60,259 nt of DNA from a virus (Duplodnaviria; Caudoviricetes), in IMG/VR virus record IMGVR_UViG_3300044497_000019, positions 1 through 60,259 of that record; one strand, written 5' to 3'. The translations under genes were made by a program, and so were the position numbers. Under the pieces are notes generated by a model. It was given only the letters and a program-made list of their open reading frames with translations, was not told where the DNA came from and searched no databases. Below are positions 42,079 to 51,410 of this stretch, one piece after another (within the stretch, counting starts at the first letter, position 1; each line of letters begins with the position of its first letter).

Positions 42079-42981
42079 TCAGGCGAACATGCCAGACACG
42101 GCGGCGACGATTTCGTCCGCGCTTTTCTGCACGGACAAACGAGCGTCGTCATTCTTGCGGAGCACGCTCGCGTCCTCTGCGCACAATTCTTTCTGGATGC
42201 GCAGAGTGATCGCGGTCAGCTTCGGGTCGTTCGCGAGGTTGAACGCGGGCAACAATTCGGCGAGGTCGCGAACGTTGTCCACGAGGCTGTCAAAAAAGAA
42301 CTGCCCGCGCTTGCCCGGTTCGCTCGGGTCTTTGTACGCGGCGAGCTTGGTCGCCATGTGCCCGACCGTATCAACAATCTGTTGAGCGGTGTTGCGCATC
42401 GCGTTGCCCAGCACGTTGCTGGTCGTCGCTTCAATCTCACGTCGGATGTCGGCGACAGTATCGGCGTCCAGATCGGCGCGGAAATCTTCCGCGTCGGGGA
42501 ACGGCAGCACCGTCAGCGTGAGTTGGAATTTTTCGCGGATGTCGGACGCCTTCGGATAGTCGCTCTCATTGAACAGTCCGTTGAGGGCGACACGACGTTC
42601 GGCAACGAACCGGGGATAGTCGGCAGCGAAGCGATCCGCAGCGTCGTGGAAGTCCCGCTTGAGGATGCGGAATTCGTCGGTGAATTTTGCGTACAACGAA
42701 TTCGGCAGGATGCGCGGGCCGTCGTCAGCCCACGGCTGCGTCATGCGATAGTGCAGCACGCGCGCCTTGGAAACGATGCCGGTGATTTCCGTCAGGTGAT
42801 CGGCGGCGATCAACAATTTGTTGAAGCGCCCCGCGTCCTGTGCGGCGTTGTAGCGGTCGTTCGTTTCCTTGGTCACGCGCTTGTCGAGCTTGCGTGCGGT
42901 CCACTGTGAAATGTTGACCGACACGAGGACTGCTTTGCGCGACAGCGGGGTGGCGATTTTAGTTGCGGTCTGGGTGCTCAT
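42079..42981 (-). CDS. Conserved phage protein (DUF3150-like)
   Basis: 'LV...IS.WT.RK.D', 'T.PW.D.G.R.LP', 'F...DYP'; lies between AAA and VWA genes. Confidence 0.6.
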   Translation of the reverse strand: MSTQTATKIATPLSRKAVLVSVNISQWTARKLDKRVTKETNDRYNAAQDAGRFNKLLIAADHLTEITGIVSKARVLHYRMTQPWADDGPRILPNSLYAKFTDEFRILKRDFHDAADRFAADYPRFVAERRVALNGLFNESDYPKASDIREKFQLTLTVLPFPDAEDFRADLDADTVADIRREIEATTSNVLGNAMRNTAQQIVDTVGHMATKLAAYKDPSEPGKRGQFFFDSLVDNVRDLAELLPAFNLANDPKLTAITLRIQKELCAEDASVLRKNDDARLSVQKSADEIVAAVSGMFA

Positions 42982-43099
42982 GATTTTTCCTTTCGTGAGC
43001 ATGGAGGAAGCGTCGCTCTCATGAGACGACGGAAACGCGTTCGGCGTTTCGCAATGCTGCACCACGTGAGCGGTGCAGCATCTGCGCAACGTCGGGTTA
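42982..43099 (-). promoter_or_regulatory. Conserved intergenic stem-loop + RBS element (copy D)
   Basis: Stem ATGCTGCACC/GGTGCAGCAT, second hairpin, TCTCATGAGA palindrome at 43017-43026. Confidence 0.65.
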
Positions 43100-44128
43100 C
43101 TGGATCAGCAAGTCTTGGTTGGCGACGGCCCACTTGCCGTAGCAGGCGGTCTCCTTCAACTTCGCATCGCGCGTCGTCATGTCGTGCACGACGAGGACAC
43201 GCGGCTCACGGGGCAGACGGTCGGCATAGCGGAACACCGACGCGATGTTCTGGCGCGTCGCCATGCGCGCGAGGCCCGTGCACACGGCGAAGCGCATCGA
43301 CGGTTCGGTCGGCAGCGGCGCGCTGTCGGGATTGTCGATGATGTCTTGCAGCGATCCGATGGAAGCGTACAGGTCGCAGAACCCATCCAACTCGGCAGCG
43401 TATGCGTCGCCGACGTGAGCGGCGAACAAACGCATCCGATGCGTTCGGGGAGCGTGGACGTATTTGCTGCAACGCGCCCACGAACGCGGAGTGGGGAACG
43501 CGTTTTCATCACCCTTCGGCATGACGTGCAGCAAATTGCGGCGCAGGCGAATGAACGCGACCAACTCGGGCGCGATCTGATTTTTGTTCGCCCAATTGGC
43601 CCACGCGTCAACGTCGGCGGTGACGTACACGTGAGCGAAGCGATTGCGCAACGCGGTCGGCATTTTCTGCGCCGACGCGCGATCACCCACGCGGTTGCCA
43701 GCGGCGATGATTTTCCATCCCGGCAGCAACGTGTAGTCGCCGACGCAACGATCCAACACAAGCTGGAACATAACCGCCATCATCTGCGGCGATCCCGTGT
43801 TGATTTCGTCGAGGAACAAATATCCTTCTGGACCGTCGCGCTCCAACTGCGGCAGTTCATCGGGGACGAACCATCGCGTCCGTCCCGTTTTCATGTCGGG
43901 GACGGGCACGCCGCGAACGTCAACCGGCTCGCGAATGTTGGTACGGAATTCAATAACCTTCCGGCCCGTCTCGGCACCCAACTGTTTCACGATGTCGGAT
44001 TTGCCGACACCGGGCGGACCCCACATCATCACGCTGTCGCCTTCGTCGGTGAGGATGCGAAGCAACTCGGCAGCTTCGGCGATAGTGCACTCGTGTTCCT
44101 TCACGAGCGAATTGCTGGTCGTCGTCAT
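43097..44128 (-). CDS. MoxR-like AAA+ ATPase
   Basis: 'GPPGVGKS', 'LFLDE', 'AAGN', 'ALRNRF', 'PTPRSW'. Confidence 0.9.
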   Translation of the reverse strand: MTTTSNSLVKEHECTIAEAAELLRILTDEGDSVMMWGPPGVGKSDIVKQLGAETGRKVIEFRTNIREPVDVRGVPVPDMKTGRTRWFVPDELPQLERDGPEGYLFLDEINTGSPQMMAVMFQLVLDRCVGDYTLLPGWKIIAAGNRVGDRASAQKMPTALRNRFAHVYVTADVDAWANWANKNQIAPELVAFIRLRRNLLHVMPKGDENAFPTPRSWARCSKYVHAPRTHRMRLFAAHVGDAYAAELDGFCDLYASIGSLQDIIDNPDSAPLPTEPSMRFAVCTGLARMATRQNIASVFRYADRLPREPRVLVVHDMTTRDAKLKETACYGKWAVANQDLLIQ

Positions 44129-44244
44129 GGTGTGTTCCTTTCGTGGAACGTTGGTGGTGGAAACGTTCGCTCTCATGAGACGAACGGAAGCGAGGCGCTT
44201 CATGCTGCGTCGCCATCGCACGGCGGCGCAGATGTGAAACGTCA
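44129..44244 (-). promoter_or_regulatory. Conserved intergenic stem-loop + RBS element (copy C)
   Basis: Stem CTGCGCCGCC/GGCGACGCAG, loop GTGCGAT; TCTCATGAGA at 44171-44180. Confidence 0.75.
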
Positions 44245-44577
44245 GGGTCCGATTGCATCGTCCGCGTCAATGCATCGCTCGATGCACTCGGCGGCTTCGG
44301 GCGTGTGATAGTCGCACCACGATGCGGGGATGGAGAGAATGCAATTGCCGTCAACGTCGGCGGCAAAGTTTGGACCGTCGTCGTCGCGCACGGCGTGGAC
44401 GTATTCGTGACCCTCGTGCATTTGCGATCCGGCGATCCACACGCGGTCGCCGTTCGTGTACAGCACGATGGGGAACGTTCCGCGCCACGCATCGAACGCA
44501 ATGCTTTTGGGATTGCGCGCGTCGGGGTGGCGAACGGTGACGTGGGTGTGAGCGAAGCGGTCGTAAATTTTGGACAT
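44242..44577 (-). CDS. Hypothetical protein
   Basis: CGAAAGGAAC RBS. Confidence 0.65.
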   Translation of the reverse strand: MSKIYDRFAHTHVTVRHPDARNPKSIAFDAWRGTFPIVLYTNGDRVWIAGSQMHEGHEYVHAVRDDDGPNFAADVDGNCILSIPASWCDYHTPEAAECIERCIDADDAIGP

Positions 44578-44605
44578 AGGATGTTCCTTTCGTTTGTTTG
44601 TTTGA

Positions 44606-44788
44606 TCAATCGACGGGCTGGCAGTCGGCGAGGATGAAGCGCATCGTCCTGCCGCTCTTGTCGAGCAGCACGTGGACAATCTCTTTGCCTTTGCGGCGAG
44701 TGATCTTGGCGACAGTGCCGAAGCGATCACCCATCATCCAGCGATCCGTGTACGCGGGGATTTGGACGCGGAAGGTGTAGGTCGTCAT
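44606..44788 (-). CDS. Small SH3-like hypothetical protein
   Basis: CACGAAAGGAAC RBS; 'D.WM.GDRFG.V..I....V.V.LDKSG'. Confidence 0.65.
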   Translation of the reverse strand: MTTYTFRVQIPAYTDRWMMGDRFGTVAKITRRKGKEIVHVLLDKSGRTMRFILADCQPVD

Positions 44789-45294
44789 GGCGTGTTCCTT
44801 TCGTGGAACGTTCGTTGATCACGTTCGATGGAACGTGCGTGCAGGCTGCACGACGAAACGCGAACGGCGCACCCTCTCGGATGCGCCGCTGCGTTTTAGC
44901 TTGCAGTCTATTTGTTTGTTTGTTCGGATCGGCGTTGTCAGGGTCGATCCGTTTCGTTGCGTGCATGGGCGCAACGGGCTGGACAATTGCTTGTCAGCTT
45001 TCAACAGCGTGGCGGGATGGTGGGAGCCTATCGCGCGTTCTGTTGTTGCTCTGTCTGCCGGAACCCACGACGCTTATGTGCCCGAAGGCATCTGCGGCGT
45101 ACCGACGCGTGCATGATGTTTCACATGCTGGGGCGTGCTGCATTGTTTCCCTACTGCGGCCCGTTCGGGCATTCAGGCGGCGCTTTCGCGCTAAACAATC
45201 TCGCAACGCTTGCTTGCTGTCAGACCCTCGCTCTCTATGATTGCCTAGCGTGAGGAACGCCGTCGTCGCGGTGCATCGCTGCAAGCGCGTATGT

Positions 45295-45323
45295 AATATA
45301 GTGCGTCGTGCACTACGGCTCAA
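45295..45323 (-). promoter_or_regulatory. Sigma70-type promoter for leftward early operon
   Basis: Minus strand TTGAGC-17 nt-TATATT with AT-rich upstream sequence. Confidence 0.6.
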
Positions 45324-45690
45324 CGGAAATCTTCCTCAATGATTTCAATAGGTTAGGGCGGAAAAGAGTGCGTCGTGCCCGTAGGGCGTCGTGCTGCACC
45401 CGCTTCCCAGCTCCGAAAAAACACGTGTTTTCCGTGCTGTTTTCCGTCGAGCGAAAACCGTGGAAACCGCTGCGGCAGTAAGCCAACTCATGCGCCGATC
45501 CCGCCGCTTTCCGAGGCGGCGCTTCCCCGACGTTGCTGTCCCGCAGCGGATCGCGGAAAATACAACCCATTTTGCAACCCAGAAAAAAAATTACAACCCG
45601 CCGGGAAACACGGGTTTCCGCTCGTGCGTTTGTTTGCTCCCGTGCGTGGTAGGATGCGCGCGCCGCGATCAACAAATCGGGAGAGCAGCG

Positions 45691-46251
45691 ATGGCAGACG
45701 ACGACAATCCGACAATCATTTCCACGCCCGTGCTCTGCCAATTGTTGATGCTGTCGCGACAGCGGATCGACCAGTTGGTCCACGACGGATTTCTCCGACG
45801 ACACGACAAGGGTCAATTCAGTCTCGTGGAGGCGGTGCAAGGCTACATCCGTTTCCTGCGCGACGACGCGCGACGGTCCTCGATGCACGCCGCCGACAGT
45901 CGGGTGCGCGATGCGCGCGCGCGTGACATCGAGGTGCGGACACAGCAACGATTGGGCAAGCTCGTGCCGCTGGATGTTTTTGAGGAAGTGCTGGACGGTC
46001 TCTGCGGAAAAGTGCGCAGCGAATTCGCTGGACTACCGGCGGCGGTTACGCGAGACCTACCGCAGCGGAGGATAATTGAACGCGATGTTAACGCCCGCCT
46101 CAAGCGGATCGCCGAACACGCCTTGGCAGAAGCCGTACGGATGGAGGCGGATCGCAGCCTTGATGATGCCGTCCGTCGTGATGGAACCGGACGAGTGGGC
46201 GGCAGCGAACAGGACGTATCCATCGACGGCGGCGGTGCCGGGTCCACGTGA
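45691..46251 (+). CDS. Terminase small subunit (Nu1-like)
   Basis: N-terminal HTH, 'V.GYIRFLR', 'G.LV', upstream of GpA. Confidence 0.8.
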   Translation: MADDDNPTIISTPVLCQLLMLSRQRIDQLVHDGFLRRHDKGQFSLVEAVQGYIRFLRDDARRSSMHAADSRVRDARARDIEVRTQQRLGKLVPLDVFEEVLDGLCGKVRSEFAGLPAAVTRDLPQRRIIERDVNARLKRIAEHALAEAVRMEADRSLDDAVRRDGTGRVGGSEQDVSIDGGGAGST

Positions 46252-48127
46252 TCCGTTGCTAACGCCCTACGTGGTCGAACCGGAGCGCGCGATTTCCTCC
46301 GGTGCGTTCCGTCGCGTCGTGATGGTGTTCGGTGCGCAGACCGGCAAGTCGGAAGCGATGCTCGATGTGGCGGGGCAGCGCCTCGACCAGAAACCGGGAC
46401 CGATCCTGTACGTCGGACCAAGCAAACAATTCCTCACCGAACAATTCGAGCCGCGCGTGATGGCGTTGCTCAATGAAGCACCAACCTTGATGGCGAAGGT
46501 GGCGCGCGGCAAGCGCATGACCAAGACGCGCAAGATCGTGGCGGGCGTTCCGTTCCGCCTCGCGCATTCCGGTTCCTCGACCGCACTCAAATCCGATCCG
46601 GCGGTGCTGGCGCTCGTGGACGAATACGATGAAATGCGGGACAACGTGAACAACCAAGGTGGACCGCTGGGGCTTGTCGAGCGACGCGGCGACACCTACG
46701 CGGATTTTGTTTGTGTCGTGACATCGACGCCGAAACGCGGGAGAGTGGCGGCGGTCAAGGACACGCGATCCGGTCTCTACCTCTGGGATGTTGCCGTGAA
46801 TGAGGACATCGAAAGTCCGATCTGGCAACTCTGGCAGCAAGGGACGCGCCATCACTGGACGTGGCCCTGCCCGCATTGCTCCGAATATTTTGTCCCGCGC
46901 TTCAACCTCCTGCGCTATCCGTTGAAGGCGACGCCGCTGGAGGCAGCGCGCGAAACGTTTTTGGAATGTCCAGAGTGCAGCGGCATCATCGAGGACAAAC
47001 ACAAATCCGAAATGAACGCGCGCGGTCGTTATGTTGCTCCCGGTCAGCGCATCGACGTTGCCGGTGTCGTGACCGGCGACGCGCCTGACAGCAAGTCGAT
47101 GTCGTTCTGGGTGTCGGGGTTGGCATCGCCGTTCGTCACCTTCGGCGAGCGTGTCGCCGTGCTCGTGGAGGCGCAGCAATCCGGCGACGACGCGATGGTC
47201 CAACAGGCGATCAACGCGGGCTTCGGTGAACTGTACTCACCGGGCGGCGGCGAGGTGCCAGAGTGGATGGAGATAAAAGAAAAATCCCGACAGGCGACCT
47301 ACGCTCGCGGCGAAGTGCCAGCCGACGCGATGATCCTGACGCTGACGTGCGACGTGCAAAAACATTCCATCCCGTGGGTGATACGCGGATGGGGTCCGCG
47401 CGCCACATCGTGGCTGATCAACTACGGCTACCTCCGTGGCGACACGACGGAGGAAGAAATCTGGAACGCTCTCGGCGATCTTGTCGCCACGCCGGTCGGC
47501 ACGATGCCGATCAAACTGGCATTCATCGACAGCGGCTTCCGTCCCGGCAAGACCGACACGCTCCCGCTCAACCGCGTCTATGAATTCTGTCGGCGGTTCA
47601 TGCGACGCGTGCGACCGACGAAGGGATCGGCGAGCGCAATGCGGACGCCGTTGATCATGAGCAAGATCGAGGTGAGCAGGAAGGATGGCAAGGCAGCGAG
47701 GTACGGATTGGACCTCGTGCGTCTCGACACCGACCATTGGAAAAGTTGGGTGCACGAACGCCTGCGCTGGCCCGATGATCACGTCGGCGGCTGGCATGTG
47801 TTCCGTGGAATTGATGACGACTACTGCCACCAGATCGTTTCCGAAGCGCGGATGAAAAAGCCGACCGGGCGCGTCGAGTGGGTACAACGCAGCCGGGACA
47901 ATCACTTTTTTGACTGCGAGGCGATGCAGGCTGCGGCGGGTCACTTGTTGAACGTCCAGCGCATCCCATTGCCAAGGAAAGAAATTCCGATTAAGGAGGC
48001 GGTCGGCAGGAAGCCGACCACCCCTCCCGAGGTTGCAACACTCGCAGCGCCACCACCACCACCGCAGCAACAAACGCGCGGTCGGAGAGTGCGTCGCGTT
48101 TTCAGGTCGAGCTACCTTGGTGCGTGA
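46163..48127 (+). CDS. Terminase large subunit (lambda GpA family); start codon uncertain
   Basis: 'AQTGKS', 'DEYD', 'STP', 'PCPHC', 'CDVQ', 'IDSG', 'NH.FDC'. Confidence 0.95.
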   Translation: MMPSVVMEPDEWAAANRTYPSTAAVPGPRDPLLTPYVVEPERAISSGAFRRVVMVFGAQTGKSEAMLDVAGQRLDQKPGPILYVGPSKQFLTEQFEPRVMALLNEAPTLMAKVARGKRMTKTRKIVAGVPFRLAHSGSSTALKSDPAVLALVDEYDEMRDNVNNQGGPLGLVERRGDTYADFVCVVTSTPKRGRVAAVKDTRSGLYLWDVAVNEDIESPIWQLWQQGTRHHWTWPCPHCSEYFVPRFNLLRYPLKATPLEAARETFLECPECSGIIEDKHKSEMNARGRYVAPGQRIDVAGVVTGDAPDSKSMSFWVSGLASPFVTFGERVAVLVEAQQSGDDAMVQQAINAGFGELYSPGGGEVPEWMEIKEKSRQATYARGEVPADAMILTLTCDVQKHSIPWVIRGWGPRATSWLINYGYLRGDTTEEEIWNALGDLVATPVGTMPIKLAFIDSGFRPGKTDTLPLNRVYEFCRRFMRRVRPTKGSASAMRTPLIMSKIEVSRKDGKAARYGLDLVRLDTDHWKSWVHERLRWPDDHVGGWHVFRGIDDDYCHQIVSEARMKKPTGRVEWVQRSRDNHFFDCEAMQAAAGHLLNVQRIPLPRKEIPIKEAVGRKPTTPPEVATLAAPPPPPQQQTRGRRVRRVFRSSYLGA

Positions 48128-48139
48128 GCCGCGCCGCCG

Positions 48140-48364
48140 ATGGCGACCATCGAGGAAATCCGATCACAGATCGCCGCTCTCAAATCGGTGATCGTGTCTG
48201 GCGTGAACAGCGCCGGTTACGGCGACAAGCGCACCGAATTCCGTTCGCTCGCGGAGCTTCGGCAAATCCTCGCCGATCTGGAAGAACAGCTTGAGGAATT
48301 GCTGGGCACCGGAGGACGGACGCGCCAGATCAGGATGACGACGCAATGGGACAAGGGGCTGTGA
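48140..48364 (+). CDS. gpW-like head-tail joining protein
   Basis: 74 aa between terminase and portal; 'SGV....YGD....RSL.EL'. Confidence 0.8.
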   Translation: MATIEEIRSQIAALKSVIVSGVNSAGYGDKRTEFRSLAELRQILADLEEQLEELLGTGGRTRQIRMTTQWDKGL

Positions 48365-49914
48365 TGGCACCTTGGACCGGACTGCTCGACAAATTCCGAT
48401 CCCGTTCTGACAAATCAGCACGCGGAGATTTCGACGCCTCGCGGATGCGTCGTCGTCTGAAAAGCTGGCAACCAACCAAGGCGACCATCAACACGATCCT
48501 CACCTCCAACGGTGAGACGCTTCGCGCGCGATGTCGCGATGTCATGCGCAACAATCCGCACGCCGTGTCAGCCGTTGACAGCTTCGCTGCCAACCTGATC
48601 GGCACCGGCATCAAGCCGTCGTCGCTGTTCATCAACAACCCGACGCTCCGCCAATTGTTGATGGAGCTATGGCTGGACTGGACCGACGAATGCGACGCGG
48701 ACGGGCTGGCGGATTTCTACGGGATGCAAAGCATCGTCGCGCGGTCGCTGTTTGAAGCGGGCGAATGCTTCATCCGTTTCCGCAATCGGCGCGAGACCGA
48801 TGGCTATAAGGTGCCGCTGCAAATCCAGTTGCTGGAAAGTGAGATGTGTCCGTACGGCGACAACAGGAAAGCGCCGAACGGAAATTTCATCATGAACGGC
48901 ATCGAGCTTGACCACCTTGGTGCGCGCGCCGCCTACTGGTTCTATCCGATCCATCCCGGCGACGCCGCCATTGAAGCGCCGCCCTTCAATCTCCAGCCGG
49001 TGCGCGTGCCTGCCACGGAAGTGTTGCACGTGTTCCGCTGCACGCGACCGGGACAGATGCGCGGCGTGCCGATTGTCACGCCTGCGCTCGTGCGCCTGTT
49101 CCTGCTCGACCAGTACGACGACGCGGAGTTGGAGCGCAAACGGATCGCGGCGATGTTCGCCGGTTTCATCACGACGCCCGCACCGGAGGACGTGATCCCG
49201 ATTGATGGGCTGGACGACAGCGCGCCGCAGGACAACATCGGTTTGTCGGGGCTGGAACCCGGCACGATGCAAACGCTGCTCCCCGGCGAGGACATAAAAT
49301 TCGCAGAGCCTGCCGATGTTGGCGGCAGCTACGAAACGTTCCAGTACCGGCAGCAACTTGCGCTGTTCGCCGCTCTCGGCATTCCGTATTCGCTCGCCAC
49401 CTCCGATCTGCGGCGCGCGAATTATTCCTCGCTCCGTGGCAGCATCGTTGAGTACCGGCGCAAGCTGGAACAGTTCCAGCACAACATCATGGTCTTTCAG
49501 ATGTGCGCGCCGATCTGGCGTCGCTGGCTGGACACCGCCGTGCTGGCGGAAGCGTTGCCGATCCCGGTGAAGGACTATCTGGAAAAGCAAACCGCATACC
49601 AGCGCGCGAAATGGATACCGCAGCGCAACGATTGGGTTGATCCGCTCAAGGATCGCCAAGCGGAGAAGCTGGCGGTGGAGGCTGGCTTCAAGAGCCGCAG
49701 CGACGTGATCGAAGCCGAAGGGTACGACCCGGAGGAAAACGATCAACGCATCGCCGCCGATCACGCGCGCGAGGATCGTCTTGGCTTGGACTTCACGCCC
49801 GCCGCACCGATGCCGTTCGGCGCTGCTCCCGCTCCCGAACCCGACGAGGGCGGCGAGGAACAGGAGCAACAAAAAACCGACGCCGAAGATGCCGAGGATG
49901 AAAAGGCAGCATAG
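48364..49914 (+). CDS. Portal protein, lambda family
   Basis: 'LRAR.RD..RNN', 'GE.F', 'RPGQ.RG.P', 'NYSS.R', 'WVDP.KD'. Confidence 0.95.
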   Translation: MAPWTGLLDKFRSRSDKSARGDFDASRMRRRLKSWQPTKATINTILTSNGETLRARCRDVMRNNPHAVSAVDSFAANLIGTGIKPSSLFINNPTLRQLLMELWLDWTDECDADGLADFYGMQSIVARSLFEAGECFIRFRNRRETDGYKVPLQIQLLESEMCPYGDNRKAPNGNFIMNGIELDHLGARAAYWFYPIHPGDAAIEAPPFNLQPVRVPATEVLHVFRCTRPGQMRGVPIVTPALVRLFLLDQYDDAELERKRIAAMFAGFITTPAPEDVIPIDGLDDSAPQDNIGLSGLEPGTMQTLLPGEDIKFAEPADVGGSYETFQYRQQLALFAALGIPYSLATSDLRRANYSSLRGSIVEYRRKLEQFQHNIMVFQMCAPIWRRWLDTAVLAEALPIPVKDYLEKQTAYQRAKWIPQRNDWVDPLKDRQAEKLAVEAGFKSRSDVIEAEGYDPEENDQRIAADHAREDRLGLDFTPAAPMPFGAAPAPEPDEGGEEQEQQKTDAEDAEDEKAA

Positions 49915-49923
49915 GAGAACGCC

Positions 49924-50958
49924 ATGCGCCAGTGGTTCACGATGCAAGCGACCGACAACGCTGCCGAGATTGTCATCTATGACGAAATCGGGAAATCTTT
50001 TTGGGGCGAGGAAACCGTCAGCGCGAAATCCTTCCTCGACAGCCTCACCGCTCTCGGTGACGTGGGCGCGATCACGCTGCGGATCAACTCACCCGGCGGC
50101 GACGTGTTCGATGGCGTCGCCATTCACAACGCCATCCGCGCGCACAAGGCGACGGTGACGGCACACATCGACGGCATTGCAGCGTCGATGGCTTCCTACA
50201 TCGCGATGGCGGCGGATCGGATCGTCATGCCTGCCAATGCTTTCATGCTCGTGCACAACGCCAGTGGTCTCGCGTGGGGCAGCGCCGACGACATGCGCGA
50301 AATGGCAGCGGACCTTGACCGCATCGACAAGGCGATGACCGCGACCTACGCAACGCGATCTGGATCGACGCCCGCCAAGATGCGTGCGTTGATGAAGGAG
50401 GATCGCTTGATGGATGCGAAGGAAGCGATGGACCTTGGGCTTGCGGATGAAGTGGTCGCCGAGAAAAAAATGGCGGCGAAGTTTTCGTTGCGTCTGTTGC
50501 CGAAGGCGGCAGCGGAACGCTTCCGAGCAGAGACTGGTAACGGACAGAGCGACCCGCCTCCTTCTGCACCCGTGCCAGAGAAACCGGAGGAGCAGCCGGC
50601 TGTTCCTCCGGTTTCGCACGAGCCGCCGACGCCAGCCGATCCGCCCGCGCCGCCGCCTGCGTCGCCTCCCGCAGCGACGGTCGTGGACCTCAACGCCGCT
50701 CGTGCGGAGGGGATCGAGGAACATCGGGAATACGTGAGCAGCGTTACCGATCTGTGCACGCTGGCGTCGGCACCGGATCGCGTCGGCGCGTACATCCGCG
50801 CCAACACACCGCTGGCGACGGTGCGCAAGGAACTGTTGGAAATGCGCGCGACGGAAAGTGTGCTGCCGCAGCATCCGTTGGCGCAGCACATGGGAACGAA
50901 GGCGGCGAGTGCAGCGTGGGAAAAAATCACCGACAAGATGAACGCGCGTAACAAGTGA
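49924..50958 (+). CDS. ClpP-like head maturation protease with scaffold-like C-terminus
   Basis: 'INSPGGDV.DG', 'GIAAS.AS', 'M.HN', 'GLADE'; Pro-rich linker. Confidence 0.9.
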   Translation: MRQWFTMQATDNAAEIVIYDEIGKSFWGEETVSAKSFLDSLTALGDVGAITLRINSPGGDVFDGVAIHNAIRAHKATVTAHIDGIAASMASYIAMAADRIVMPANAFMLVHNASGLAWGSADDMREMAADLDRIDKAMTATYATRSGSTPAKMRALMKEDRLMDAKEAMDLGLADEVVAEKKMAAKFSLRLLPKAAAERFRAETGNGQSDPPPSAPVPEKPEEQPAVPPVSHEPPTPADPPAPPPASPPAATVVDLNAARAEGIEEHREYVSSVTDLCTLASAPDRVGAYIRANTPLATVRKELLEMRATESVLPQHPLAQHMGTKAASAAWEKITDKMNARNK

Positions 50959-50997
50959 AGCCCCGCCCGATTGGGCGCAGTACATGGAGAAATTCCG

Positions 50998-51375
50998 ATG
51001 CCTCAATATCCGATCCAGACCGAGACTGCGCACCCGGCGGAATTCATTCTGTCGGAGGCGAACGGACACCGCTCGCGCGACAACGCCTACTTCGCCGATC
51101 CGACGACGTTGCGACCGGGACAGCCTGTCAAGAAAACCGCAGGCGCGACCACCGACAAACCGGCGACCTACACGATTGCGACGGCGGGTGCCGACTGCAA
51201 CGCCATCGCGATCTACGGCGGCAAGTCTATCCCGGTCGATGGCTTGCGCGTCGCGGTCATCGCACGCGATGCGGAGGTGAACGTGCGCCTGATTGATTGG
51301 GGCGCGATGTCGCCAGCCGAACAGGTGATCGGCGCGACCACGCTGCTCGCCAGCGGCATCGTCTGCCGCGTCTGA
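50998..51375 (+). CDS. Head decoration protein (gpD-like)
   Basis: 'EF..SEA.G.RSR', 'R.AEV'; lies between protease and capsid. Confidence 0.8.
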   Translation: MPQYPIQTETAHPAEFILSEANGHRSRDNAYFADPTTLRPGQPVKKTAGATTDKPATYTIATAGADCNAIAIYGGKSIPVDGLRVAVIARDAEVNVRLIDWGAMSPAEQVIGATTLLASGIVCRV

Positions 51376-51410
51376 ACCATCCCGCCATTCCAGCTACAGG
51401 AACAGAAACC

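Noticed and set aside
38983-44244. Integron attC cassette array
   Set aside because: No RYYYAAC/GTTRRRY cores and no IntI; kept only as unexplained structured elements
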